In this document: one piece after another, positions 1 to 15,459 of the stretch
How positions within the stretch are numbered: position 1 is the stretch's first letter
Layout: every line of letters begins with the position of its first letter
NCBI RefSeq assembly: GCF_009914755.1
Contig: NC_060931.1
Length of the DNA stretch: 64,000 nt
Source: the human T2T-CHM13v2.0 reference genome, Homo sapiens
Direction: 5' to 3' (one strand)
Position numbers and translations under genes: made by a program
The notes under the pieces: model-generated
What the model saw: only the letters and a program-made list of their open reading frames with translations
Told to the model about the DNA's origin: nothing
Databases searched by the model: none

Positions 1-504
1 CCTGATGATTCCGAGATCCCTCTGCTACTTTTTCGTGCCTCATGCGTCTTAGGGAAGGTGTTTGCAGGTGAAGGAAAAGGTGGGTAGGGTAGACGTTCAA
101 AGGGAATCATGAACTTGTTTTGTGTCTCTTCAAAAAAACTGAGCAAGCTGATTCTCACACACCTAAACACGAAAGCATTTTGTTACTAAGCTCTGGACTG
201 TAACACCCCAAACTGCATATGTCCCTGATAAACTTTATTTTCCTCTAATCACTTGGAAGAACCGAGTTTACTGTGTGTAACTGCAAGGGGCAAAGAGACA
301 TTGGTGAGTAGAAGGTAGAAAATTCCTCCTTGCATGAAAGGGAAGCTGGCTTCTCTGTAACAATTGTTGCTATCTAAAGCTAGTGGGAACCAGCTGGTGG
401 GAATAAACTAAGCGCCCCTTGAAAGGCTGAAACAGGGTCTGGAGGGTGAGTGGCTACTCTAGGGGGATCCCAGCACTGGGTTAGAGGCCAAGCTGGATTA
501 ATCT

Positions 505-1790
505 AGTCAACACATCTCTAATGTTTTCCTAGCTTGAGTCAGCACTGAGTCGATTTGGTATAAGAAAGAAAGGAAACATATTCCTGTGGGGAGACAGACA
601 GGGCAAGAGCACTTCTTATAAAAATTAGCATACAGAGGGATCATTAGGCTCAGCCTCAGGTGGAACAGGTGCCTACTGGAAGGAGCACCTCGGTTTACCT
701 GGGGACAGGGTAGGAAAGGTTTCAAGGGACAGGAGGCATTTAAGAATTAAAATTAAACACTGAGGCTTCTGGGTTGAATAGGAGTTTGTCAGGTAGACAT
801 GGTAGGAAGGGAGTCCAGGCAGAGATGGCGGCATGTAGAAAAATAACAAGGCCCAAGAGAGCCGCTGAAACTTCATGGAATGTTAGGTGTGAGACAAGAG
901 GAGGTAGAGCTGGACTAGGAATTGGAAGCCTGGTTTTGAAGATCCCTGTACGTTATGCGCCGGGAGTTTGTAGGTGATGAGGAGGTATGACATAAGTCTC
1001 AGCAGGGGACTGCCACGATCACATATGCTTGTTAGAAATATGTTTGCAGGTGGAGAAGAGACTGGTGAGAAGTGAGGGTGGATAAAGAAGCGGTATTGAG
1101 AGGTAATACCACAGCCCAGGAAGGAACGCCTGAAGTGGAAATAAGGAAAGATTGGCAGCCCCTTAGGCGGTGGACTCAGATGGACTGTAGCATTGCTTAC
1201 AGAGAGAGGAGCTGTGAGAAAATAAGTGTCCTATTTCTTACCTTGCCAGTTGGGTGGATGCTGACCTCATTCAAGGAAAATAAGAAGGAGCAGAGGGCAG
1301 AGAAGATGGAGATGCAGACATGGACATGTACAATGGCAAGGAACATATCGGTGGTGGATGCAGTAAAGAGTTGGCTCTCTAGGTCTGCAACATAGAGGTC
1401 GAACCTGAAGATCAAGCTGGGGGTCAACATGTCTCGCGGAATGCAAGCCACGTAGGTGTGCGTGCGGTGCCCTAGGGAGAGAAGACAGGATGGAGCACAG
1501 GGAGCGGCCAACACCTAGGTGAGCAGATAGTCTTCCCTAGGACAGCTCACGGCAGGGAGAGAAACCATGAGACTTGAGAAGCAACAGAAGGGAATGCAGT
1601 GAGGGAAACATTTCAAGTAAGAGGGAAGAAATAAAAAAACCGGAGGTCAAAGACAGGCCAAAGTTGCCCATTGTCTATCCACTGCACTTTGGTGGCCCTG
1701 GCGAGAGCTACTCTGCAGAAAAGTGAGAAGTGAAAATCAGAGCCCTGGGGCTGAGAAGCGCATTGGAGGTTAAAAACACCCGGGGGAGTG
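505..1790 (-). mobile_element. L2 LINE remnant (ancient, degenerate)
   Basis: Purine-rich tract resembling the antisense L2 3' region (e.g. ...ggggagacagac..., ...cagcaggggactgccacgatcacat..., ...ggtggccctggcgagagc...). Boundaries approximate. Confidence 0.5.
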
Positions 1791-2188
1791 AGCGTGGAAC
1801 TCGCCAACACGCACAGTTGCTCACCCTAGCACAGGTGCATCTGGACGCAAAGCAAGGGGGAGAGTGAGGGAGAATATCTGACCTGCTCCTGTTTCAGCTG
1901 AGATTCCAGCGGGTTAGAAGCGCTCGAGGTCAGTCAGGCAGGAGCTGGTGAGATACACGTATGGGGGCAAGGAAACGCTACGAGACTGAGGATTGAGCTC
2001 CACTCTTTTCCACTCTGTCACCGAATGTGTCACCCTCCTCAAATGGAGTGACCCAGGTGTCGGGGACTCTGTCTCAGTCTGGATCCCTCCCCCTGGCAGT
2101 CGCCACTGACATGCTGCAGCTGCTGGATGTGCAAATAACTGATCAGCCTTGCTGTCCAGGAATTTACAGGCGTGGTGAGATTATTTTA

Positions 2189-2716
<528 letters not shown>

Positions 2717-2829
2717 TTAGCCTTTGTGAAAAGAATAGTGTTTTAACACTTAGTATATGCTCAATTAATGTGATATCAAAAGCAATTTTCTACCATTTGT
2801 GTTATTTCAGCATAGCTGCCTTTCATGTG

Positions 2830-2990
2830 TACCCTGCAACCACATTGTGAAATAGACATTTTCATTCCCATTTCACAAAGGATTAAACTAAGGCCAGAAA
2901 GATTAAGAAACTGTTTCAAAGCTATATAGGCTGCTGATACATCACTTATATCACTAGGTAAATCTCACTCAGATTCAAATCCAGATTTTA
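2830..2990 (-). mobile_element. MIR fragment
   Basis: cccatttcacaaaggattaaactaaggccagaaagattaag resembles the antisense MIR core. Confidence 0.55.
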
Positions 2991-3774
2991 ATTCTATCAA
3001 GTATATGCAAATTAAAGAAAGTGTTTTATTATTTTTTTCCTGGAGGGGATTCCAAGAAGAAGGGTAATCGCATTTTCCAAATTCAGACTGTGATGAGCAC
3101 AGTTTATTACGGAGCATCCATCCCCACATGGGGTGAAATGTGGAGAACCAATGTCTTATGAGCACCTTTGAATGAAAATCTTGAGTCCTTCCAGCAGAGA
3201 AAGGACTTTTTGAAAGGTTTATTTATTCCTTTACTACATTCCATTCTTATCTTATTAATAGTTCATAAGTCTCAGCTAAATCTCTAGGTCATAGTAAATC
3301 ACATCCTTCACTATGAGAACTTGAGATGACACAAGCATTCAGTTATAGCAATTTATAGCAAATGCTTAAAATTGGTATACCCACAATCTTTCAAAGCCCT
3401 GTCAAATACAGGAGTCAGTCAGATACAATTTTAAAAGGCTTACCATAGAAAGCTCTGAATCTTTGCATAGTCAAGCATATCTTAATCCAGGAGAAAATTA
3501 TTTTTGTAAACCTTTCCTAGAAGAATTTTATGTCCTGTATTACAATCTTATAATGTGGCAGAGGGAAGGTGGGAGGAAGGGAGATAAATACCCATGTTTA
3601 TCTCCAGCCTGCAGCAGTGAAATGAGATAGTTCACCATGTATTCCTTGAAAACCACTGAAAATAAATATCAATACTACCATTATCTTTTAAAAAAATTCA
3701 GTAGTCTTTCCCACTTGTCAAAACACTTTTTTAAAATCTTCCTTTAAATTTCCAGAGTGTCCTCATATCTAGTT

Positions 3775-3925
3775 TGCATTTTATCCTCAACACCACAAGA
3801 ATTAAATAAGGGTTGGTATTATCACTGCCATTTATAGATAAGGAAACGGAAGCCAAAGAAGTTGGGTAATTTGCCTAAGATCACACAGCTATTTAGAGAT
3901 GGAACTAAGGAAATGACACAGATCT
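3775..3925 (-). mobile_element. MIR fragment
   Basis: ccatttatagataaggaaacggaagccaaagaagttgggtaatttgcctaagatcacacagct matches the antisense MIR core. Confidence 0.8.
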
Positions 3926-4236
3926 CCAAGCATTTCTGTAAATTTTTTCTAAGTAAAAGATGTTTCCTTCTTTTCCCACCAACCCTCAAAATTCCGTGTG
4001 CTGTCTGTGGAATTCATGCACAGATTGCTGTGGTTCGGGGAAAGATCATGCCCAGGACGTAGGGGATAAAGAGGGACCAGACCTGCCTCATCTGTGCCCT
4101 CGCTGCATGGGCCTGGGCAAGTCGGTGATCTGTCAGTATCCCACTTTCCTCTCCATAAAATGATAAAGCTGGGAAGGAAATGGTAAATATCACCTGATCA
4201 CCTGGATTAAACTCTGACTTGGAGGTTTCTTGGCTA

Positions 4237-4721
4237 TACTGTTAGTCAGCATTCTCCAGAGAAAAGGAACTAATAGGATGCATGTGTGTGTATATGTGTG
4301 TGCACGTAGACACACACATACACACAAAGAAACAGGATAGATGAGTGCATGTGCGTCTACAGGCACACATACAAAGACATTTATTTCAGGGAATTTGCTC
4401 ACCTCATGGTGGTGCTGGCAAGTCTGAAATCTGGAGGGCAGCCTGGCAGGAGGGAAATGCAGGCAGGTCTTCCATGTTACAGTCTTGAGGCAGCACTCCT
4501 TCCTTCCCAGAAGTCCTCAGTTTTTGCTCTTAAGGCCTTCTGCAAATCAGGGGAAGCCCACCCATATTCTAGAGAGTCAATCTCCTTCACGTAAATGTCA
4601 GCTAATTACAGATCTCCATCGCTTCTATAAAATGCCTTCACTTGAACACCCAGACAAGTGTTTGACCAAACAGCTGGGCACCATCGCCCAGCCAAGTTGA
4701 CATCTACAATTAGCCCTTACA
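4237..4721 (-). mobile_element. MLT2-type (ERVL) solo LTR
   Basis: ttagtcagcattctccagagaaaaggaactaatagga ... aggccttc ... gcccacccatatt ... tgtttgaccaaacagctgggcacc ... gccaagttgacatctacaattagcccttaca matches the antisense MLT2 consensus. Confidence 0.85.
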
Positions 4722-5042
4722 AGAAAATGTCCTTTGGACTATAATGTTTGTCTGTAAAGTGTCACTATCGCAACTATGATGTGTGTTTCTTTGGACAAAA
4801 TATACATTAGTTGAATAGTAAACTCTGACCAAAGATGTTTAGTATTAAATAACTTTCTTAATAGTCAAACTGCAGAACTAAAATTTAAATTTCTACTAAA
4901 TTTTGTGTGTGTCTACCCATAATTATCTGCTGATTCTCATACTTTACATTTGAAGGACTCTAAGCTCCTGAATACAGTACAGATATTCATAATTTTTGGA
5001 GACGGTTTACCAGATTGGCACCTCATGAAAATGGAATCAAAC

Positions 5043-5458
5043 TGTGATGGGTAATTTTATGCATCCACTTGGGTAGGCCTTGGTGCCTTGATGTGTGTTC
5101 AAACATTATTCTGGGTGTTTTGTGTGAGTATTTTTGTAAGAGAGATTAAATTTACATCAGTGAACTTCAAATAAAGCAGGTTACCCTCCATCATGTGGGT
5201 GGGCCTCATCCAATCAGTTGAAGGCCCAAATAGAGCAAAAGACTGACCGCCCCAGTTAAGAGGGAATTCTCCAGCAGACGGCCTTTGGACTTGATGCACC
5301 TCTTTCCTGTGACTCCAACCTGTTGGTCTCTCCCATGCAATTTTGGACTAGCCAAGCCTCCACGATCATGTGAACCAATACCTTAAAATAAATTTCTTCG
5401 TCTTTCTAAATGCATATATCCTCTTGGTTCTGTTCTTGGGAGAATGCTGATTCGTGCA
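5043..5458 (+). mobile_element. MLT2-type (ERVL) solo LTR
   Basis: TG...CA termini; tgtgatgggtaattttatg, gggtgggcctcatccaatcagttgaaggcc and AATAAA present; 5-bp TSD caaac/taaac. Confidence 0.9.
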
Positions 5459-5895
5459 TAAACAAGGCTGAAAAGTCAATCCTTACTATCGGGAAGGTAA
5501 GAAAAATGAATGCAAGGTGTCAGAAGTGATGGTTGGTGGGTGTGTAGCATTGGGGCAAATTGATATTTAAAAATTAAACTCTGTTCGGCTAGCCAGCCTT
5601 CTTCAGTCTTCAGACTGCGAGAATGTAGCATCTCTGAATTTTAGCAGGGCATCATCAAGTTCTGTCATAATGTTGTTATAGATAAGATGGAGGAAAATCT
5701 TCTGGGAGGTAAGAAAACAAGGGGTAGATTAATGTAAACCTAGAGGGAAAGTCCTAGTAGGTTTTTAGGGACCACTGTTCTTTATTGTGTCCTAGTGAAT
5801 ATTTGTCTAGATGGCTTCATGGAGAAATAAAATCTTCGTGGATAAAGAAATCATCATCATTATCACCGTCATCATTAATGGGTATGAGTACTTAA

Positions 5896-6307
<412 letters not shown>

Positions 6308-6549
6308 TGAAACACAGAAGATGTTAACTTGGGAAAGGTCACACAGTGGTAAATGGGAGAGCAGGGATTTGAACTCAGTAAGTATGATTTCAGAGTCTAC
6401 ACTCTTAACCCATGTGCACTCTCAGATATAGCTACTGAATCAGAAGATGATATAAAGAAGGAGGAAGTAGTGATTGTGTGGAGTGACAGATGTGGCCCTT
6501 CATCCCATCCCACCAGGATTCCTTTGGATTGTGGTCCTATAAAGGTGCG

Positions 6550-7080
6550 TGAGAAGCAGATGGATGTTCAGTACCGCCCCTGGGCCCAGTTCACAGCTGC
6601 AAAAGTACCGGATGGAGCAGACATTAACCAAGAGTCCTGTGACCGAGCCAAGGGTAGACCCAATACAACCTGGTGTAGGAGGCAGTGAAGTTGACGAACA
6701 CTTCGGCTGTATCATCAGGGAAGCAACACTTAGATGTGGGCAGGTGGGGGCTGGTCCAGTCCATGCTGCTCAGACCCCACCTGCAGGGGTGCTCAGTGTA
6801 GAATCACCATTCAGAAGGGAGACTGGGCTGACCACGGAGAGGCAGGAGACAAGGCAGGACATGGAGGATGGACAGTAGTGCGGTTTGAGGAAGGCCTGAA
6901 AGAATTGGCAGTGTTTGCTCCAGAAAAGAGACAGCGAAACTCAGGGCTGGGGATAGGAGATGGACGAGCATCATGATAGCATCTCGGCTTACAGAGCATA
7001 GAAAGCCCAGGTGATAGGTCTTCCTCTTACCTCTGCAGCAAGTTCATGGTGTGACTGAGGGGGTGGCCACAGTCTCAAAT
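6550..7080 (+). mobile_element. L3/CR1 LINE remnant
   Basis: ggctgtatcatcagggaagc...ctcagaccccacctgcagg...gaggaaggcctgaaagaattggcagtgtttgctccagaaaagagac resembles the CR1/L3 ORF2 3' region; highly diverged. Confidence 0.5.
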
Positions 7081-8379
7081 AGCTTCCCCAGGTGGGTCTC
7101 TGTGTCACAGGCCATGTGACTTCAGGATCCCAAGATGCTCATTCTGGCACATTTTTCAGCAGGACCCAAAGGATCAGGCTGTCTTCAGCTGCTAAGAGGA
7201 CCAGTCTTTTGCGAGTCTTTCTTACTTTCAGCCTGTCATTGGGCAGATTTCTGAAGCGGAACCCAGTCCTGGCAGCAATCTTTCTTCTGTCTCAGCTAAT
7301 CCCAGCCTCAGCACACAGTGCAACATTTTCAGTGGTCTTGTGTCTGTAATTATCTTTCACTGTTTCTAGAAGCAACTTCATTGTGCAACACCATTGCTGT
7401 CTGGAAGGGTCATTATCTGGAATCGGTTAGTTCTAACCAGCTCCTTACAAACTGCCTTTGGTAGCAAGGCTCTTAGGATTTTTAGAGTGTTAAAAAAAAT
7501 TCCGAAACCCAGATATGTTCTTAGTTGTAAATTCTGACTAATAATAAGTTATAAGAAAGAAGACTTCGGAAAAGTGTGTTTGTAAATTCTTTATATTGTT
7601 TCTAAATGGGGTCGATTACCTGAGGAGAGATGAGTTCCTGCCACTGGTGATGTTCTATCAGAGAGACAAGCAAAACATGGAAAGCTGAAGTAAAATAACC
7701 TCAGGGTAAGAGGGAGAAAAACAGTAAATGGCATGGGTGTGGGGTTCAGGGTACTGAGATGTCAGAAAAATCAGTACAGAATGTGAGGGAGAAGGTGTGA
7801 AGAGTCCAAGGACGCCACCTGCTCTTGCACTCCGAACCCTCCCCGCTCACTAGCAAGTCCACAGACTGTCTGCTGAATTTGTCTACAAACAGAAAACAAG
7901 GCACTGTGGTGCCTGTTGTATAGATGAGAGAGCATAGGCTTGGGGATGGTGAAATGAGCCTTCTCCGGCCTCTCAGACTCAGGCTTTCGGAGTTTTTGAA
8001 TAAACCTAAGTTAGTCCACTTCCCGGCCACATAGAAGTTGGAGCAGTAAAGCTGATGGGACTGTTTTTCATATGAGATGCAAACTCCTCAGGTTATGGCA
8101 AGTGAGGGCGAGAAGGAGGCCTGGGCAAGAGAAAGGACTTGCTTTATTTTACATCGCTAGTTTATGGAAGTACCAGCCAACACTGAAACTTCCTGGCCTC
8201 CAATCCAGTGGGGTTATTCATCCTACTCTCCACTCTCTCTGTTTTCTGATGTTTGGAAATAAAAAAAATCAGAACTACCTCATTAACGCTCTCTTTCCTC
8301 TTTCATCTGAAGCAGTGTGTTAGTTAACTTTCTCAACAAGTTTACATGCCCTTTGGCTAATAATTGTGGAGAGGACCTA

Positions 8380-9085
<706 letters not shown>

Positions 9086-10009
9086 CAGGTCGAGCCAAGA
9101 GCCGAGGGTTTTGCATATACTGGGTACACTGATTCCTGTTGAGTCTGCAGCCTGATTTATTTTGTGAAACTCTAGAATCATCGGAGGCGGGGTTGCATCC
9201 TTGGTACAGCCCTCTTTATCATTGCCCCATGGCTGGGGCTGGAGGACAGCAGGAACAGACACTACAACAAAATCAGCTCTCTTGGCTCCAATCCCTGAAA
9301 GCCCATTGCTATTTCTCCCTGAACATCTGGCCTGTTTCCTGGGGTGTGTAGAGAGAGGCCTTCTGTTCCTTCAGGGCCTCAGCTCAGCACCTGCGAACAC
9401 AGACATTAAAAAAACCCTCAAGAACTGCTTGGCAAGCGCTTGGAACACAGTCTGCTCAGTATGCACCTTCCCACACCCCCTGCTTGTAGTAATAATCTTT
9501 ACCTGCTTGGCAGAGCACGCCGTTGAGGGGATACATCACTTCACCTGCTGAGATGAGTGCAGAGATTTTCTAATGAGAGGCATTTGGTGGCAAAAATTAA
9601 TTATGACATATTTCAAAGGCAGGCCAAGAACCTGGCCTCCTCTCCGTTCCCATCCGATGCTTCTGGTCACTAAGGGAAAGAGAATGACAATAACAATAAG
9701 TCAGGACTTTTTTTTTCTGTTGTATAAATAGCAGGGAAGGCTGGGGCTTCTGACTTCAGCACCACAGAATTTTTCTGCAGTGCCTCTTTCCCTGGCACAT
9801 AGCATGCTCGTTACTAATGGGTCACCTGTGGGTTGAATCTCCCTTGCTCAGTAAGTGTAGAATCCCTCTAGGGTCCACCTATTTTGGAGGGACTCAAACT
9901 AGGAGTCCCCTAATTGCATTCTTAGGAGAAGGATATGACTTCTTGAGATGATAAAGGAGACATTACCTGCAGACATTTCAGGTGGAAAGCCAAATTGTGA
10001 ACTTTTTCT

Positions 10010-10545
10010 TGTGCAGCTTCTCCATCAGCACTTGCTGCTTCACCTTGCACTATGTTATGGAGATGGTTTTGCTCCTTAAACCTCATGAGCCAATCTTTGC
10101 TAGCTTCCAGCTTTTCTTCTGCAGCTTCCTCATTTTTCTCAGCCTCCATAGAATTGAATTGAAGAGAGGTAGGGCCTTGCCCTGGATTAGGCTTTGTCTT
10201 AAGGGAATGTGGTGGCTGGTTTCACCTTCTATGCAGACCACTCAAAGTTTCTTCATGTCAGCAATAAGGCTGTTTTGCTTTCTTATCATTCATGTGTTCA
10301 CTGGAGTAGCACTTTTAATTTCCTTCAAGAACTTTGCCTTTGCACTCACAACTTGGCTAACTGTTTAGCACAAGAGGCCTAGCTTTCAGCCGATCTCAGC
10401 TTTCAACATGCCTTCCTCACTCAGCATAATCATTTCTAATTTTTTTTTTATTTAAAGTGAGAGATGTGTGACTCTTCCTTTCACTTTGACACTTTGAAGC
10501 TATTGTTGGTTGATTAGCTGGCCTAAGTTCAATATCAGTGTTGCT
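10010..10545 (-). mobile_element. Tigger1 DNA transposon, transposase N-terminal fragment
   Basis: Translation [40 protein letters not shown] matches the Tigger1 transposase; DNA similarity continues to the start region. Confidence 0.92.
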
Positions 10546-10681
10546 TTTTGAAAAGAGTAAAAAACCATTTGGAGCCAAATCAAGCAAATGAGGTGTGTGA
10601 TCAAACTCTAATCACTTAGATATCTGATATCACTTAGATATCTGATATCATAAAGTAAAACTTTATGAAGTTTGGGGTACC

Positions 10682-10828
10682 TGTGGCCATTTCTTAAAAT
10701 AAGACAACAGTGAGGTTTGCCCCACTGATTGACTCTTACTTTCATAAAAGGTTCTCTGTGGCACGTCATGCTATTTTATAACATTTTACCCACAGTAGAA
10801 CTTCTTTAAAATTGGAGTCAATCCTCTC
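10682..10828 (-). mobile_element. Tigger1 fragment, transposase C-terminal region
   Basis: atttcttaaaataagacaac...cattttacccacagtagaacttctttaaaattggagtcaatcctctc encodes an ERIDSNF..SSTVGKML...SLLSYFKK-like peptide on the minus strand. Confidence 0.85.
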
Positions 10829-11141
10829 CAGTTGACTTCCTTGTGTACGCATAATTTTATAATTCAAAGGCCTAGTTTTAGTTGGCCAAAAACACATTGG
10901 TCACATTCTTAATAGCCGCACCCCAAGTGAGCCAGGAAAAATGCTTGTAGGAAAAAGCTGTAGGAATGTGCTCTTCACCTTCCTGCAAAAGATTAGGGAT
11001 GGTTGATATGTGAGGGAAGGTGAAAGCTGGAAAGAGTGAGTGATACCGAACTTTATTTTTTCATAGGAAATACAGTATTTCCTTCACTGAGCTGACTGGT
11101 CATCTGTTGGACCCCAGCCCAGCTCAGCTTAGCAGCCTGTC

Positions 11142-11253
11142 TGTGCACGTGTGTGTGTGCATGTGTGTGCGGGTGTGTATGTGTACATGCGTGTGCATGT
11201 GTGTGTGAATGTGTGTGCATGCGTGTGTGTGTGTGTGTGCATATTTGTGTGTG
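11142..11253. repeat. Imperfect (TG/TGCA)n alternating purine-pyrimidine repeat
   Basis: Directly visible. Confidence 0.9.
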
Positions 11254-12000
11254 ATTTCTCCAGGTGCCCTCATACTGTGTGGGGACAATGAGTTGATTGC
11301 TCCCCTGCTGTGTCACTGGGTGATCTAGGATTATATCACTGCTTGAGGACATGAGTACCTTTTCCTTTGCTGTCCCCTCAGGAAAAAGCCCAGTGTTTCA
11401 CAGTTGGCTGTCCAAAGGGAGGACTGTTCTCCAACCTTCCTAAAGGCCCATGTGTGGGGAAGGATGGCAGTGCTTCTGACATTGGGCATGGCAGGTATGT
11501 TAATGAGGCAGCTGGAAAGCCATGCCCGGCTTTGAGCTTCCATACATGTGATTATCCCTAACACCTTCTTTTATGATTATTAGGCTTTGAAAATTGCTCT
11601 GAGCTATTTTTAAGAAGTCTCAGAATAAAAAGAGATGATCCGGGAAGGTGAGAGGAGCCGATGCCCAGCCACTGTTAAGAACAATGGTGTTTGGCATTTA
11701 TCTAGGTCTCTCATCATGGTTCAGGCAGGAACTCCCTAGCCAGGTGGAACCTGTGGCAGGAATCCACAAGCTGTGAGTTCAAGCCTCATGCCAGCTGCCT
11801 AAGCTCCTATGAGAAGTTGGTAGATGGTTCATTTCCTTTTTCCTCATTTTTTTATTTTATTTTTTTTACCAGGGCCAGTCTTCTGTGTAGGCAGAGTGGG
11901 CAGAGGCACAGATCGTGTGATTCTAGGTTTATGGAGAGCACGCTCTTTTCAAAGAGCTTCCCTCGCTGCTGTCTGTGAGTTTATCTGTGACCTGCTACAG

Positions 12001-12469
12001 CAGCAGTCCCCAGACTTTTTGGCACCAGGGACTGGTTTCATGGAAGACAATTTTTCCATGGACCGGGGAGTGGGGTGGGGTGGGATGGTTTCAGGATGAT
12101 TCAAGCACATTGCACTTATTGTGCACTTTATTTCTTATTCTTATTACATTGTAACGTATAATGAAATAACTGTACAACTCCCCATAATATAGAATCAGTG
12201 GGAGCCCTGAACTTGTTTTCCTGCAACTAGACAGTCGCATCTGGGGATGATGGGAGACAGTGACAGATCATCAGGCATTGGATTCTCATAAGGAGCTGAC
12301 AACCTAGATCCCTCACATGCTCAGTTCACAGTAGGGTTTGCACTCCTATGAGGATCTGATGCTGCAGCTGATCTGACGGGAGGCAGAGCTCAGGCAGTAA
12401 TGCGAGCGATGGGGAGCGGCTGTAAGTACAGATGAAGCCATCATTCATGGCTCAAGTTGGGGACCCCTG
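12001..12469 (-). mobile_element. MER1A (hAT-Charlie) non-autonomous DNA transposon
   Basis: TIRs cagcagtcccca / tggggacccctg; 8-bp TSD tgctacag/tgctagag; internal sequence typical of MER1A. Confidence 0.92.
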
Positions 12470-14032
12470 TGCTAGAGCACACACACAGCCATTATATGTC
12501 CCCTCTTGTGGCTGATTTGTTTACTGTGGGAGCACAGACTACACTGCAGAGGAGAGCAGAGCTGGGGGGAAAGAAATGGCGGTGGCATCACTTTGCTGGG
12601 AAAGGCTGTCTTGTTCTGGAGGCAGGATAAAGGCAGCATGAATGCTTCTCCAGAAGACTTTATCTTACAAGAGCCTGAATGGATGACTAGCTCTCCAAAA
12701 GTAAAGCACTGGAAGGGAAGTGAGGTGCCAGGAGATAATAGTTTTGAAGACTAGTCCTGTGAAACGGTGTTTCTTTGTACTCCAATGGCCTATTTTAAAT
12801 CCTTATCCTATTTGATACTGTCTGCAGAATCTGATGCTAGTGACTCCTTCTTCCTTTCTGAAGCTCACTTCCTCCTTCGCTCCTGTGGTAATAGCCTTCC
12901 TTGCCTTCTCTGCAAAGTTTTCAAGTTCTCGTCTTTTGTGCTTCTCTTCCTCTGCCTGAACTTTCAATATTGACGTTTCTGGTTAACAATCTAAGATCAT
13001 ATGGTCACTGTGTGATTTATGTTGTCTACTCCTTGGTGTCACAACCACCCACCATCATGCCGTACAGTCGGTCCCAGCCCCTTACGTGAGCTGGGTTTTT
13101 ATTTTGGAACTTCCTAACAAACGTTTCTAGATGAAGCCCACAAAGACCCGATGCTCAGGAAGTAAACCTGTCAAGAAGCCAACACATTATTTGCTCCTCC
13201 AAATGTTCTTGTTTCTCTGTGTTTCATGTCTTGGTTACTGGTACTATCATCCACCCATGTGGAACCATCTAGAAGCCTAAGAATCACCTTCAGACACCAC
13301 CTTCCCACCCCACAAATACTCTACATTTTAGCAGTATAAGACTGTAGCAGTTTCTTGAATGTAACATGACATTTCTCATTTCCATACCTTCATTTATGTT
13401 GTTTATTCTTGGAATGCTCTTCCTTCATTTTGATGCTTCACACGCTAATACACATCCTTCAAGACCCAATTCCAATGTGTTTTCTATTTTGGGGCCTTTT
13501 TGACTCTCCTACGAAGACTAAATTAACTGTTCCTTCATTTGTATTCTCTAAAGGGTTTGTACTATTTTCTATACATTTATTAAAGACCCCTGAGCTAAGA
13601 CAACCTCCTAAGAACCCTCATTGTTTCAAGGAATATACCATATGGAAAAGTAGAAAATGAGAGTAAAAGGGAAGCTAATGTGAGGGTAGGAGGGAAGGTG
13701 AGGCAGAAGAGGTGAAAAGAAAGAACAGAGTAAAGTCCAAGGGTAGGGGAGTTGAGTGGCCACGCTCATAAGGAGCTTTGCCACCCCTCGGTTTCCCGAG
13801 CACCTGCCACGTGCCAGGCACTATGGGGGCTTTAGTGTAGATGATTTCTCCCTTGTTGTGCTCCTTCATAGCAAGAGGAAGGAAGCACCAAAGTAAAAAA
13901 CCCGAGAAAACCTGGAGAAGGTGCCCAGGTTGTCTCACTGGTATTTAGTGCTCCTAGGGTGGCTGGAAAAAGCATCCCGCTTCAAGAGGCCACCATCTGA
14001 CACAGAGCACCCAGGTACTCTTTCCTGTAAAG

Positions 14033-14369
14033 CAGAAGTCCCCAACCCCTGGGCTGTGAATCAATATGTGTCTACAGCCTGTGAGGAACAGGGCTGCACA
14101 GGAGGTGAGCAGCAGGTGAGTGAGCATGACTGCCCAAGCCCCACCTCCTGTCAGATCAGAGGTGGCATTCGATTCTCATAGGAGTGGGAACCCTATTGTG
14201 AACTGCATGTGCAAGAGATCTGGGTTGCATGCTCCTTATGAGAATCTGATGCCTAATATCTGAGGTGGAACAGTTTCATCCCGAAGCCATCCCCACCCCG
14301 TGTCCCATCCATGGACAAACTGTCTTCCACAAAACCAGCCCCTGGTGCCAGAAAATTTGGGGACTGCTG
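14033..14369 (+). mobile_element. MER1B (hAT-Charlie), full length
   Basis: TIRs cagaagtccccaa / ttggggactgctg; perfect 8-bp TSD ctgtaaag; 337 bp. Confidence 0.95.
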
Positions 14370-14481
14370 CTGTAAAGCATGCACAGTGCACGAGGCCTGG
14401 TTGAGCTCTGAGACTTGGCTGAGCCCTTGCAGCAGAGGTGACTGATGAGGACACAGCATCAGGTCGTCTACTGCTTCCTGA

Positions 14482-14810
<329 letters not shown>

Positions 14811-15293
14811 TGAGTTTCAGGTCTTCAAACAAAAGTTCACCTGCTCCAGAGTTGTTGAAATGTAATGCATTTTCTGGAAAACGTGTGTCTCATTCATCTC
14901 TTGTTGGCGTTTCTGAAAATACCACAGGTTCTGGAGACGCTACCGCTTCATGTCTCCTAGCAGCACTGGCCATCTACCTGGGCACACCAGGGCTCCGTGA
15001 AAATGTGTTCCTGGGATGCCAGTGTTTCCACCCTGGGATCCAGGAGGCCTGGCTCCAAACCCCAAGTCTGCACCCACTACCTGGGAGATGTAGGGGCATG
15101 ACAGCTGCTCAGAGGTCTCAGTGTCCTCACATATATTCCAGGAACAGTAGGCTGGTTGGGCCACCGGCGCCAACATCCTGTGGTGATTTCTTCATCATGA
15201 CAGGGTTTCGTGTCTGTGAGATGCCTGGCGAGAATCTGTAGCAGGTTGCATGAGAGCTGGCTTGGCTCTGATGCTCCACATTCTTCTCCGTGG

Positions 15294-15424
15294 CTCCTTT
15301 CCTTTCCTTTCCTTTCCTTTCCTTTCCTTTCCTTTTCCTTTTCCTTTTCCTTTTCCTTTTCCTTTTCCCTTTCCTTTCCTTTCCTTTTTTTCTTTCTTCC
15401 CTTTCTTTCCCTTCTTTTCTTTTC

Positions 15425-15459
<35 letters not shown>

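Noticed and set aside
12001-14369. MER1A and MER1B as ends of a composite transposon
   Set aside because: Each has its own different 8-bp TSD, so they are independent insertions.
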